A DNA stretch of 59,905 bases, filler included, from Sphacelaria rigidula (taxonomy: Eukaryota): assembly GCA_964200075.2 (NCBI GenBank). It is 8 parts of 8 records of this genome, joined end to end, with 100 filler letters (N's around TTAATTAATTAA, not from the genome) between each part and the next. Parts side by side here need not be neighbours in the genome. Positions count along the whole stretch, not along the records: positions 45,006 to 52,405 come from CAXNAA020015093.1; positions 52,506 to 59,905 come from CAXNAA020015094.1; 6 more parts are not named here. The stretch is one strand, 5' to 3'. The position numbers were made by a program, and so were the translations under genes. The notes beneath the pieces were generated by a model. It saw only the letters and a program-made list of their open reading frames with translations. It made no database searches and was not told where the DNA came from. This document shows, in pieces, positions 49,491 to 59,905 of this stretch; the stretch's first letter is position 1, and each line of letters starts with the position of its first letter.

Positions 49491-52405
49491 GTCGCCAGGA
49501 TAGTGTCTTCTGTCTCAGTACACGTCGCGTGCTGTGCTCATGTGTCCCTGCAAATGAAAGCTGTTGCATGCGTGTTTTTTCAAAAATCGAAACCGAGGAT
49601 GCCGCACAGATAGTTGCATTGAACACAAGGTGTTAAGGTAAGACACAGCTCAACTAAGTTGGCGTGTGCAGTGAAGTGTGATGTAGACGCAATGGTGAGA
49701 TTGTCTTTATATCAGCGCACGCCGCGTGCTCTACTCCTGCTGTGTCAGAGACATCCGCAAGTGTCAGCCCTCATCATCACCTTGCTGTGAAGCATCACCT
49801 TCCGGCTACCTGCTCCAAGTTTACGAAGCGAGAAGCATTCCAGGCTGTACAGAAAATACCACTGTCGCTACGCACGATGATATACTTTGGATACCCAGAG
49901 CATTTTACATGACGATATCATCTGTCTGAGAGCAAGCGGTTTCCGCAAGCATCCATCTACATAATCACCTCGCTGTAATACGCCACCCGTGTCCTCTTGT
50001 CAGTTCCATGGTTTTCTCCCTTTGACCTCCAGGGTGGATTATGCTGGTCTCGTGGTCACTTCCCAAGTAATGATCCACAGACGTGATCCGCCCCGGCAGT
50101 CAAAGGGTTGAAATGAATTATTCGTGTTTTTTCAAAAACCAAAGTCGAGCTCGATCACAAAGTGCTTGCGCATGCACAACTCCATCTGTTTTTACCGCCC
50201 TGAAGGTTGGGCGATGGGAGACGTTTCGCAAGCTGCTTTCAAATATCTGCAAAATGCCCAAACAGTAATCAAATGCCAAAGACAGAACTATCTATCATAA
50301 CTATGTAACGGGTGATACTTTGCCCAACTGTTGGGTGTTGCAACCAGTATTCCAGGAGCTTTTCGCTCTCCAGGTGTCTTGGAACCCTTCAACGGTGCGG
50401 TATTACACTTCTCACCTGGTGGTCAAACGAACTGTGGAAACCGTGAAAAACAGGTTTCACTTGACACTCCTCCATGCGGTCTCTACGAATCATACTGCGC
50501 CACTAGAACGTCACTTCTCTACTTAACCTCATTTCTGAGCGACCTCTGCTCAATGATTAAGCCTTACAATCGCCTTATGTTCTCTCTATCGATGAAACAT
50601 CGCAATCAAAAAATACAATGCGGTCATGCAACCCTACCCACAGACCACATAAAACTTCCACCTGCAACCGTCTTGCGCAGCTCACAGGTGCACATGGTGT
50701 ACATACAATGTCTAATAACTCTCCACACCGTACATTTGAAATCCAACAGCTCTCAATCAACCGAAGAAACTTGCTCCACAATCTTCAGATTGATACACAC
50801 AATAACCAGAGTATGCCGTTGTTTGTAGGCCTAAATAGGTTTCCACCTGACGTGCAAAAACCCACACCAGCCGCACTTGTCGAAGGCCTGCTTTCGGCTG
50901 CTCCCTTCCTGCTCAAGGTTCCTGATTTAAGTTTTAGTATTTCACGCTTAGTTTGAGTGTACAAGCGTTGCAGCTGCCCCCCCCCAGCTCTCACGTTTGT
51001 ATCAAGCTCCTAGACATCGATAGAGTATTCGCTACTCGGGAACGATCAAAGCAAATGGCGGTACATATTCCCTCCCTGCTTCAGGAGGACATTTTTTCAT
51101 CCGGACATCCCAATACCTGAACACAGCGTCAGTCTCCCACGAAACATTACTACTCCAAGGGGGGGAATGCAAACATGCAATATGAAACATAATTGTCTTC
51201 CCAGCGCTGTACCGGCACAGGAAAGTGCCGTCATAACATGCACACAGTCATCCTGTCCAGGCATAACCTATCTACCACATGTCACCGGTCAACTCCGAAT
51301 ATAAGACTCATTTAAGATCGATTTCATTTCAAACGCATCCGCTCGACAAATGTCCGGTTAACCGAAACAAACGATTTCTTCTCGCAGTTGCATCAGACAC
51401 GCCTACTATGAGTGTGCATCATAATACAGCATCACTACACCTGATCTATGATGACACAAATTGACCGCAGATTTCACGCTCTCAGTAGAGTTTACCACTT
51501 GGGAGGGTGAAGATAGTTCTCGGAAAATTCATGGTATGGGAACAGGTGAAGATGATTTATAATGGTTATTTTGGCAAAACCCAGCCAGACAGGCGATCGC
51601 TGATTGTGCACCCGAGCATATCTGGAACCACACACGTGACAGCTGCCCGTCACCTCTGCTCGTGATTGACAGTCCCGCATGAACTGCACCGCTTTTCAGT
51701 GCAAGCTCATACACAGCTTTACGCACAACCTCGTTCTCTTGGCCCTCTCTTCTGTCTCTTTCTATCTCACACACATATACACACACATACATAGTCTGCG
51801 GTGAATTTTCCGAGTTGCTGCGCGTTGAACAGCAGTTTGAACGCTGTCTGTATAGCTGTATTTTGTGGAGTCGGGTATGGTGACGCTCACGATGCTTGTC
51901 AAACGACAACTTTTTCATCTCATGTCCATTGATATACCCCAATGGTAAACCTATGACTGTGAGTTGCATACAATAATGCTCGTCAGATTCTCCATGGACA
52001 TTCGATCGGCGGAGCTTTCGCGATGATGCCTTTGCGCGGCGGTACTCTTACGTGCAGGGCGTTTGAAACCGACAGTATAATCCCTTTTGTAAAATACTAG
52101 TGCAAGCCACATACTTCTGTACCCACGATCGAAAATCATATTTCGTGGGAAAAGACACGAAATGGTTTGCACAGCTCACGTACCCGAATCAACAGACAAA
52201 GGTTCAGTAGGACTTCATAGAATACAGTAACTAATCGTTGAGTTGATGTTCGAAATATGTCAGCTGTTGTTGCGGTTTGGGTAGTCAGATATTTGAACAA
52301 TGTCTATTCATGTCCTCCTATGGGGAGAGGGCGCGCCGGGGGGGGGGGGGGGGGTTGGCGGGGACGTGCGGGGCGGTGTCAGTAGGGTGTTTGCCGCGGG
52401 ACCCA

Positions 52406-52505
52406 NNNNNNNNNNNNNNNNNNNNNNNNNNNNNNNNNNNNNNNNNNNNTTAATTAATTAANNNNNNNNNNNNNNNNNNNNNNNNNNNNNNNNNNNNNNN
52501 NNNNN
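52406..52505. other. Artificial contig spacer
   Basis: Identical linker. Confidence 0.97.
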
Positions 52506-52575
52506 AAAGGGATACGGGGTCTATGATCCCACGCGCAAAGCAAGCAAAAAAAGAGTACGCCCCCCCCCCCCCCCC
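52506..52575 (+). mobile_element. LINE 3' terminus, poly(C)-tail family
   Basis: AAAGGGAT.CG.GGTC..AAGCAAGCAA.AAA.GAGTACG(C)n. Confidence 0.75.
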
Positions 52576-53377
52576 GGAACCAGTGCCAAACATTTCACGG
52601 AGAAAATGGTCATAAAGCGCATGATAGTTTGTTTTAGACTTCATGAAGCCCCTCATATAAGCGAAACTGGCGAAAACGATCCCAAACATAGAAATCCGTA
52701 GCTGCTTGGTTGGTGTGCTCAGCTTTCGGTTACACGCAGATTTTTCCTGCTCAAACTGGCCACGTTTCTGGGGAGGGGGCTACCGCGGCATCACTCCTAT
52801 CACTATGTTGATGCGTAGATCCTGTTTAGTAGTGAAATATCCCTTGATTGCAGGCCATTACTTACTGAATACTTGCGTTCAAGTGTTGAAGCTGCTACTT
52901 GTGATGAACCGCTCAAACCTATCATGGGTCAAACCGCTTCTCGTGGTCGTCGGTAATGTGGAGTTGGAAACTCGACCCGTACCTTCGTCTCGTGTTTTGA
53001 TGTTTTGGAAAGCAATTGGGGACGTTCCCTTGCGGAAAAACGAAGAAGGAGAGATCTTGCTACTTCACACAGTAGGTGTACCTTTACGCTCTTTCCGTCC
53101 CCTTCTTATTTGTCGTTCTCCGTGCGGAGACACCCTCACCATCTTGTCCCCATCTCTAGCCCTAACCCTACCTCGCACACACACGCCCGGATTCCACTCC
53201 TAACCCCAGCTGAATCGAACACTAACTCTGACTAAAATGCGTCCACAGTCGAGAGTTCCACGACGAGGACCAGTACTGCCTGGTACTAACTGAGCGTAAC
53301 CTAACGGTGAACCTCGTACGACTGATCCAGAATGTTGAGGAATCTAATCGTAGCCCCGACCATGACCTCAACTTTAC

Positions 53378-53594
53378 CTCAGCCAACCAATAAGCCTCCA
53401 CAGCCGAGATGATCAATACGTGGACGATCAGTATCCCCATCAGTGCGCTCACGATCAAAATCGTGTTGCCGATGAAAACCCCTCCTCCAACGCTGCCGTC
53501 CATGCTGTTTTCATCTTCCTCATCGTCGCTCACACCGCAAGATGCGGGCAGAACCTCGTCCACCGTTGGTAAGGAAATCCATAGGTTGGCCCAT
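53378..53594 (-). CDS. Exon D of a multi-pass membrane protein gene
   Basis: CACCAG acceptor (phase 2), WANLWISLP...VFIGNTILIVSALMGILIVHVLIISAVEAYWLAE, GAG|GTAAAG donor; a further acceptor at 53029 may start the next exon. Confidence 0.8.
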
Positions 53595-55617
53595 CTGGTG
53601 TGGCGGAGAAAATGTCGGACATCGAAGTTTTCCGCCAGGAAAGAGGACGGTTCGTTTCCTCAAGATCTAAAACGCCCTTCAAAACCGACGTCGTGTAAAT
53701 GTCTTCGGTCGCACTTCATTGTTTACCCCTTGACTGCTGAGCGGTCCGGTTTAAGTTCACGTACTCCGATGCACCACGTTTTGGAAAAAATGATGAGACC
53801 TCCACGGACACTTGACGGGAGTTCTCTTTCCGATGCGGTGATATATTCACATCATAAATGCTTCTGTATGTTTTTAGTGTTGCTGTGATGTGATGCTCAG
53901 ATGTTCACACATGTATCGCTACTGCAACCATGGGGGCTCCACCATATTGCGATCCCGCAGGGTGTGATACCCCACGGTCTTGTACCGACAGAGTGGGTTC
54001 CTCGACACATTTAGCCCCCCCACCGTACCTGTATTTCACCTTTCCCCTGCTACGTAGGTCCCAATCTCTTATATAGATATTGTGTGTGGGTTCATGCTTA
54101 GTCATAGTTGATGGACTACGCATTTGATTGATTGATTGATCGCCGCGCTTTTACTGATATGAGCGATATAGCAGCCAACCACCCGTGGTTCATATGCTGA
54201 TTCTTGTGTGCTCAGAGGAGAACGCTCTGTGCAGTGCAGGAAAGAAGTGCAACTCTGTCTGCATCGCGACGTACAACAAAGCAAACATTCATCCGTGAAT
54301 CGAATATCTTTCTCGTTGCCGTGTACGCAATATGCAACACTCTTCCCAGCACAGATAGCATGTCATCTACTTTGTGAACCCCGCATGCGTACATCACAGA
54401 GCAATAATAGATCACTTCTGGAACGATTCCCACGGTAGGGGGGGAGGAGGGGGGGGGGGGTGGCGAATCTTGGTCGAGCTTTTGCACAAGCGAAGGGGCA
54501 ACTCTGAAACGTCGCTTCAGGCACCAACGAGCCCGTAGTATACCACTGCTATCGAACTGATTGTCGCACATCCGCTGATCTCCCATAGATCCAGCTGCGA
54601 TCGATCTAGAAGATGATGTAGCGGAAGCAGTTTCAACGAACGATTTCACGGTAGGGGTGGATGCTTGCTTTCACGAAACTGTTACACGCCCGGGAAAACC
54701 TTTCTAGCCAACATTCTCTCGCTCGATTGCACCGGATGGTTCCTGGATCGAGTTTTTTTATCATTTTATTTTACGCTGAGTAGAAGGCGCTGTCCAGTAC
54801 AGGTCAAACATACCGCTGGATAAACCGCACGCACGACACAAAAACAGCAGTCCATTGCGTGCAACGCATGAAACATCGACATCGTAACTATCTATCCGGT
54901 GCAGATCAGATTTACTTCTTTCGGCGTCATTGTATCAATCAGGGTGTCATTCTGTGCCTACATCAGTACATACGAAAGACGCTGTGTGTTTGGCGGCTGC
55001 TGTCGTTGCCTCTCCGTCAAAGAGGCGTGCGTGGTTGAACGATTCGATTGATTGTCGCACATCCACCGATCCCCAACGAATCCCGCTGTCACAAGGTGGG
55101 CATATCCGGGATGAAAGAACGGAAACTTTTGTCAGGACAAGATTGAGAAGAGATAAAAAAGAGAGAGAGAGAGAGAAGGAAGAGAAAAAATGGAATAAAG
55201 CGAAGAATGAGCAAAACGTATGTTAAAGCGGCATACGTGGATGATGAACAGTATTCGTGTACATTACTGTTTTTTACAAATGCGTGATACGTTGTCATAT
55301 TACACACGCTACCTTAGCGTGGGTATCACATTATCCTGGCCATTTCCTTCCTGAATGTGCGAAATACCAATGCAAGTTCATTCCTCAAATACTACCATGC
55401 AGATGCTTCTGATCGATAAGCCCCGTTTTAGACACAAGATTCTCTGTGGACACCTCATACCCTACAGACCACAAGCACCATGTTTGTTTTGCTTAAAATG
55501 AACACCTACTGTTCACTTGTTGATCATTCAGACACCGTTTCGACTAAGCGGGGCCTCTCCTGCCGACATCTGGTACTGATGGAACATTTCGTTTTGAGAA
55601 GATGGAGAAGTGGATAC

Positions 55618-55811
55618 CTGAGATTTTCTACAAAGGTCGCCAGCATCGAAGAAGCGTCCCTCACACTGGCTACCAGAGATAGGGTCGCGAGAAACTGCAG
55701 TTGAGACATCAGCAAAAATCCCAGAGAGGCAGACGGGCTTCGAAGGCTAGCATTCCCGGGGGGTGGGACCGCACCGCCCACACCTCCAGCGACGGCGATG
55801 CCTTTTCCGGC
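55618..55811 (-). CDS. Exon C of the membrane protein gene
   Basis: CAATAG acceptor (phase 0), ...LGFLLMSQLQFLATLSLV...LATFVENL, AG|GTATCC donor (phase 2) joining exon D to give LRWANLW. Confidence 0.8.
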
Positions 55812-57533
55812 CTATTGTCGGAGGGGCAGTTGTACAAATGATGCAGGTACCGTATTCAAATCGAGCAGATGTGAGCGTCATAAGCGTGTTTCATTACTTT
55901 GGTTTCTGATGTGATGAACAAGGGAGTTGTATTTTCAAGCCATACAACGACCAGACGAGGCCGGGGGCGATTGTGAGGAAATATAATGTCGCATTCGCTT
56001 CAATGGGCCGCACGCCCCTTCCGAGGGCCGTAAGCTTATGTAGATGCAATGGTTGATAGCAGCGCTGTGTGGGGAGTCGTCGTCACTGGAAATCTTATCG
56101 TCAGATTGGGCAGCGGGGTCAGCTCAACCATATCCCCAGGACAGGTCTGAGAGATTCGCGACTCAAACTCATCCCCCTTCCCCCCTTCCCCTCCCTCTCT
56201 CCCCCACCACAACCATCTGTCAGCACTGTCTTGTTTTGTTATGTTGTTGTGGAAGGGTTAGGCGTATATTTTTTGCTTCCGAACATCCGTCAATATGGTG
56301 TTTGCTCATTTGTGGACAAAGATGTGGTCGACAGCAAGAGCAGGCCTGGTTCAGGACGCTGCTTGCTCATTGTTCCGCCACCTGGTTGATGTGACAACAG
56401 TCCTTGTTATAGTGTGCTCCGACGTCGGTCGCCTTCTCACTTCTTTGAACAGAAACTGTACCTATTTGTAGAGGTGGTGAGTACCTGATTCTGGTGCTTT
56501 CAGAAACGGGATCATTTCATCGCCCTCATGTATGCGACCCGGACCAACCTTATCTACAGGCGAAAATGTTCAAATTTACTCCCGCGTGAGCCTACCAATG
56601 ACCAGACCCTGCTGTACGACGGTAGAGCACACGCCCAGCCCATCGACATTGGCTCAAGACCTTACCGACCCGTGGTAGGTGGCAAATATTTCGAATGTTT
56701 GCGTCGGCAGTGCCTACAATTAAACGTTCGAACCGGCCACGCTGCCACAGCGCGGTGCTCCGTATTGGGTCTCCAGCACTCCTGAACGCACCCGTTTTCG
56801 GCTTAGCCTATCCAGATACATCCTACCCATGCTCTTGAGTTTTATCTCGCCAAACGCCATGCTGGAAAAGTCCGGGTATTTACAGCACCGCGGTAGACAT
56901 ATTCATCTTTACGTTAGGGGTGACTGAGCGCCCAGTACTTTGTAGTCTAGAAACAATCAAGCATATAAACGAAGCCAGGAGAAAGGTAGGTGTCGAGGAG
57001 AAGAACAGGAGAAGGGGTGATGCGGCAACCTGAATGCCTACTACTATGTCGTATGCTGTGGCCATGCCCGCCATGATGATCACTTCTTGGGGGTTAAGAG
57101 AGGTCCAGAACGTGCAGTGGGAATGGCGCGTACTCGTATGTTGCCTCCGTACATGAACCGTTGTCCACATGTTGTATCCTCAATAGCACCGCGAACGGGG
57201 TAGAGTATGTAGGGAACAGCTGTAGGAGGCGCCTCAGAGACTTGTATATTTGCATCTATTTGTTGCTTTTTTTGTGGGATACTCACGTGTGTTGTGGGTA
57301 CCACTTATGCTATACCAGAGTTAATACGCTGCAACGTCTGAAACAGAGCCTTCAATGCGCATATTGAGAGGGCTTTGAGTCGTATCCGCTGTTGACCTAC
57401 CTCGGATATGATCAACCTGACCTCCCAACGTTTGTAGTACCACGTAATGAAAGAAAATGAATATTTGTATCGCGGGATATGAAAGTGGTTAGCCGCTGCT
57501 GATGTATAGATGGGCGCGGTGCGCGTCTCTCAC

Positions 57534-57707
57534 CGATAATATCCTATTTATCCCACCACCCCCTCCACCTCCACCTCCACCTCCACCTCCAGCCGTGGCA
57601 ATAGCGGACACCGCGCCGCTCGACACGGCAGCACTGCTAGCCGCTGCGCCAGCGATGGCCATGGCGGCGAACGCAGAAACAGCTCCTGCTGCTACTCTCC
57701 CGGTATA
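57534..57707 (-). CDS. Exon B of the membrane protein gene (Ala-rich TM plus poly-Gly)
   Basis: Pyrimidine tract plus GGCCAG acceptor, YTGRVAAGAVSAFAAMAIAGAAA...GGGG..ILS, TCG|GTGAGA donor, phase 0/0. Confidence 0.75.
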
Positions 57708-58256
57708 CTGGCCGTTGGGGATGCAAAGGAAAAGAACGAACGTGAAGCAAATGAACGGGAAAACAGAAGCAAAACAGAGGAGGGGCAAGAGCAAAGGCGG
57801 AAAAGAGAGAAAACAAAACTGGCAAAATACGACGGAATAAAAAATGTGAGTGGACGCCCCTTATGGGACATCGGGAAATCCGGTTAAAGTTGACGAGTAA
57901 TGATCACAGCGCATGAACGATTTGGCGGACAGACAAAGGAAACCCTTTCTGCCCCAGCTCGCCTTCCACGATACACACGAGCAGGATAGTGCAAACTCAT
58001 TTTGCAACTGGTCGGGGCGGCGATAGAAATACTTCGTCGAACGAACAGAAACGAAGCATCATCACACCAGAAAGAAACCATCGTTTAAGAAAACGAAGAG
58101 ACGCCAGGAAGAAATATCCATCTTATCTTACAGACGAAAAAAGACAAATTTTAACACTTTCGACGATACCCCCCCCCCCCCCCCCCCCCCCCAACCCCAA
58201 CCCCCTGCGCCAGGAAAACAGACCAAGAAAACAAAAATAAAAAAAAACAACAAACA

Positions 58257-58266
58257 NNNNNNNNNN
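58257..58266. other. 10-N scaffold gap inside the last contig
   Basis: Short N run between C-rich/A-rich low-complexity tracts, without the linker 12-mer. Confidence 0.9.
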
Positions 58267-58589
58267 CTTCGCACGGTCCCCCCCCCCCCCCCCCGAAAAC
58301 AAAAACGTGCCTGTTTTGGGGAGGCAAAATCTTACGGTAAATCAAATTGGAAAAAGCCGAGCACACGAGCAGCTGGGGATTCCCACGCTTGGGTTCGTTC
58401 TCTGCAATGTGGCCCATATGAGGCGCTTCATGCTGCATAAACCCAAACAATAGGCGCTGTACTGCATCACCATTTGTTTCGTGACACCTTTGGGCTGTTT
58501 TGTTCTGGGGGAGGGGGGGGGGGCTATCGTGGAAATTGTTCTCTTTTGGTCACATGCCCTTTGATACCGTAGAAACGAGCTTTTTAGGT

Positions 58590-58655
58590 AAGTAACTCCC
58601 GAGGCTGAATCCCTGGGGGATCAGTTAGAGTGCGACAATCAACCAATCAAATCGA
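58590..58655 (+). mobile_element. (CAAT)n-tail retroelement terminus (intronic)
   Basis: GGCTGAATCCCTGGGGGATCAGTTAGAGTGCGACAATCAACCAATC. Confidence 0.65.
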
Positions 58656-59363
58656 TCAAGGTAGTATCTTTTCGACCTCTCGAGATCCTGTCCCACTCGG
58701 TATACATATATTCGGTCGTGCTCGAGCGCTGTTCACAATGCTGATTCCGTCTTCACTTGCAATGCGGGTGAAGTGTATGGTAAAGGCAGGACGAACCATG
58801 TACATAATGATAGATGCTCTGAAGGGGATCCGACGAATGCATCGTTAACAGCAAAACATAGGACACACATGACAGCATATGAACTGCAGTATCTGTCGCA
58901 TGTATAGTGTGGGAACAAAAGCGTTGCCGCCAGGTGTTCAACAGGTTCTGGAATCTAGTTTTTCTTCTCACAGCAGTGGTGTTCGCCGGCCTGACTCTTT
59001 TTTTTTGCAATACGAACATTTAACTAAACCATTTCCGAACACGGCCTTGTTGCTTTCCCAGAGTGTTACCGGCGGGTTTAGGCGTGACGCGTAAAGAAAC
59101 AGAGGCGAGTGTCCAGGACTGTCCCGCTAATTATATGTGCACACTGGAGAAGGTTATGGTGATCGAAGCAAAGCACAAGTCGAGAATATTGTCAGAGCTG
59201 ACTCCCGGTTCATGTTTAAAGTGGTTGGTTTGTCTGATGCCTCCATCACATGTATCGGTAGATCATGTGACGTGTACAGTATGTCGGACTCCTTTGTACT
59301 GCCACCGCCGGTACTACTACCCCTACCACCGTGACTACTCAAAAATATAGGTAATCAGCCTAC

Positions 59364-59464
59364 CGCATTGTCGTCGTCGACTTCGATATTGTCGAAGGAT
59401 TCCTCGAAATTCGCGCAGAGCTTGGTCATGTTCAGGGCTATCAGGAACGCGTCGATTCCTCCCG
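59364..59464 (-). CDS. Exon A of the membrane protein gene
   Basis: ACACAG acceptor, GGIDAFLIALNMTKLCANFEESFDNIEVDDDNA, GCG|GTAGGC phase-0 donor compatible with exon B. Confidence 0.6.
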
Positions 59465-59905
59465 CTGTGTTGTGCATACCGGACGCACGCACGCACACCA
59501 GTAACAGCAGCAGCAGTAGTATAGTGTAAAAGTGGGATGTTGGCCTCTGGGATACCAACCGAGTACAGGACGAGCGTTTGCTTATTCATGCAAAGCAGTT
59601 GCTCGACGTCCTCTGCATGTTTCGCTGTATTTCAAGCTGGCCACTCTCCTGATTTTTACCGAAATATTTGTCGATGAAGGCAAGAGAAAACGGTAGGTTT
59701 CGACGGCCTTGCTACGTACATGCGTGTATATACGCATCATCTGACGATTTCCGCCCAAATGAGTTGTGTGTCGCCAACATCAATGTTACGGAGAACTCGT
59801 AATTAATCCGCGTAGTGGCGTTGAATGATTATCAGGAAGCATGGGATCTCCAGGACTCGCTGCTTCGAGCCACTGTGGGCCTCAAACTAGCCAGCGGAAC
59901 GTCTG

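Noticed and set aside
48899-50111. piggyBac-like element (TTAACCCTTT ... AAAGGGTTGA)
   Set aside because: Right end lacks TTAA, the match is very short and there is no transposase trace
56880-57090. Extra hydrophobic exon of the membrane protein gene
   Set aside because: Weak splice sites; exons B and C already join in phase without it

Overview
This is not one locus. It is eight unlinked pieces of 7,400-7,401 bp (1-7401, 7502-14902, 15003-22403, 22504-29904, 30005-37405, 37506-44905, 45006-52405, 52506-59905) joined by an artificial 100-nt spacer (N44-TTAATTAATTAA-N44). This fits size-sorted contigs from a fragmented, repeat-rich eukaryotic assembly, probably a brown alga or other stramenopile (inference from intron style and transposon types). 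Main content: (1) a selenoprotein M/F-family coding exon with signal peptide and an in-frame UGA in a CSGU motif, which the ORF track splits; (2) two decayed Ty3/Gypsy LTR retrotransposons, one with a 262-bp LTR, WVDD RT motif and no canonical PBS, the other with an integrase carrying a chromodomain plus a second Tudor/PWWP-like module; (3) an internally deleted DD39D-type mariner with perfect 32-bp TIRs; (4) several MITE/fold-back families, including one with AAC..GTT ends and 4-bp TSDs; (5) three families of non-LTR retroelement 3' ends, one ending in poly(C) and sharing its terminus with an unrelated short repeat; (6) a four-exon part of a membrane-protein gene and a spliced, TGA-interrupted probable pseudogene. 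No rRNA, tRNA or CRISPR array was recognised.
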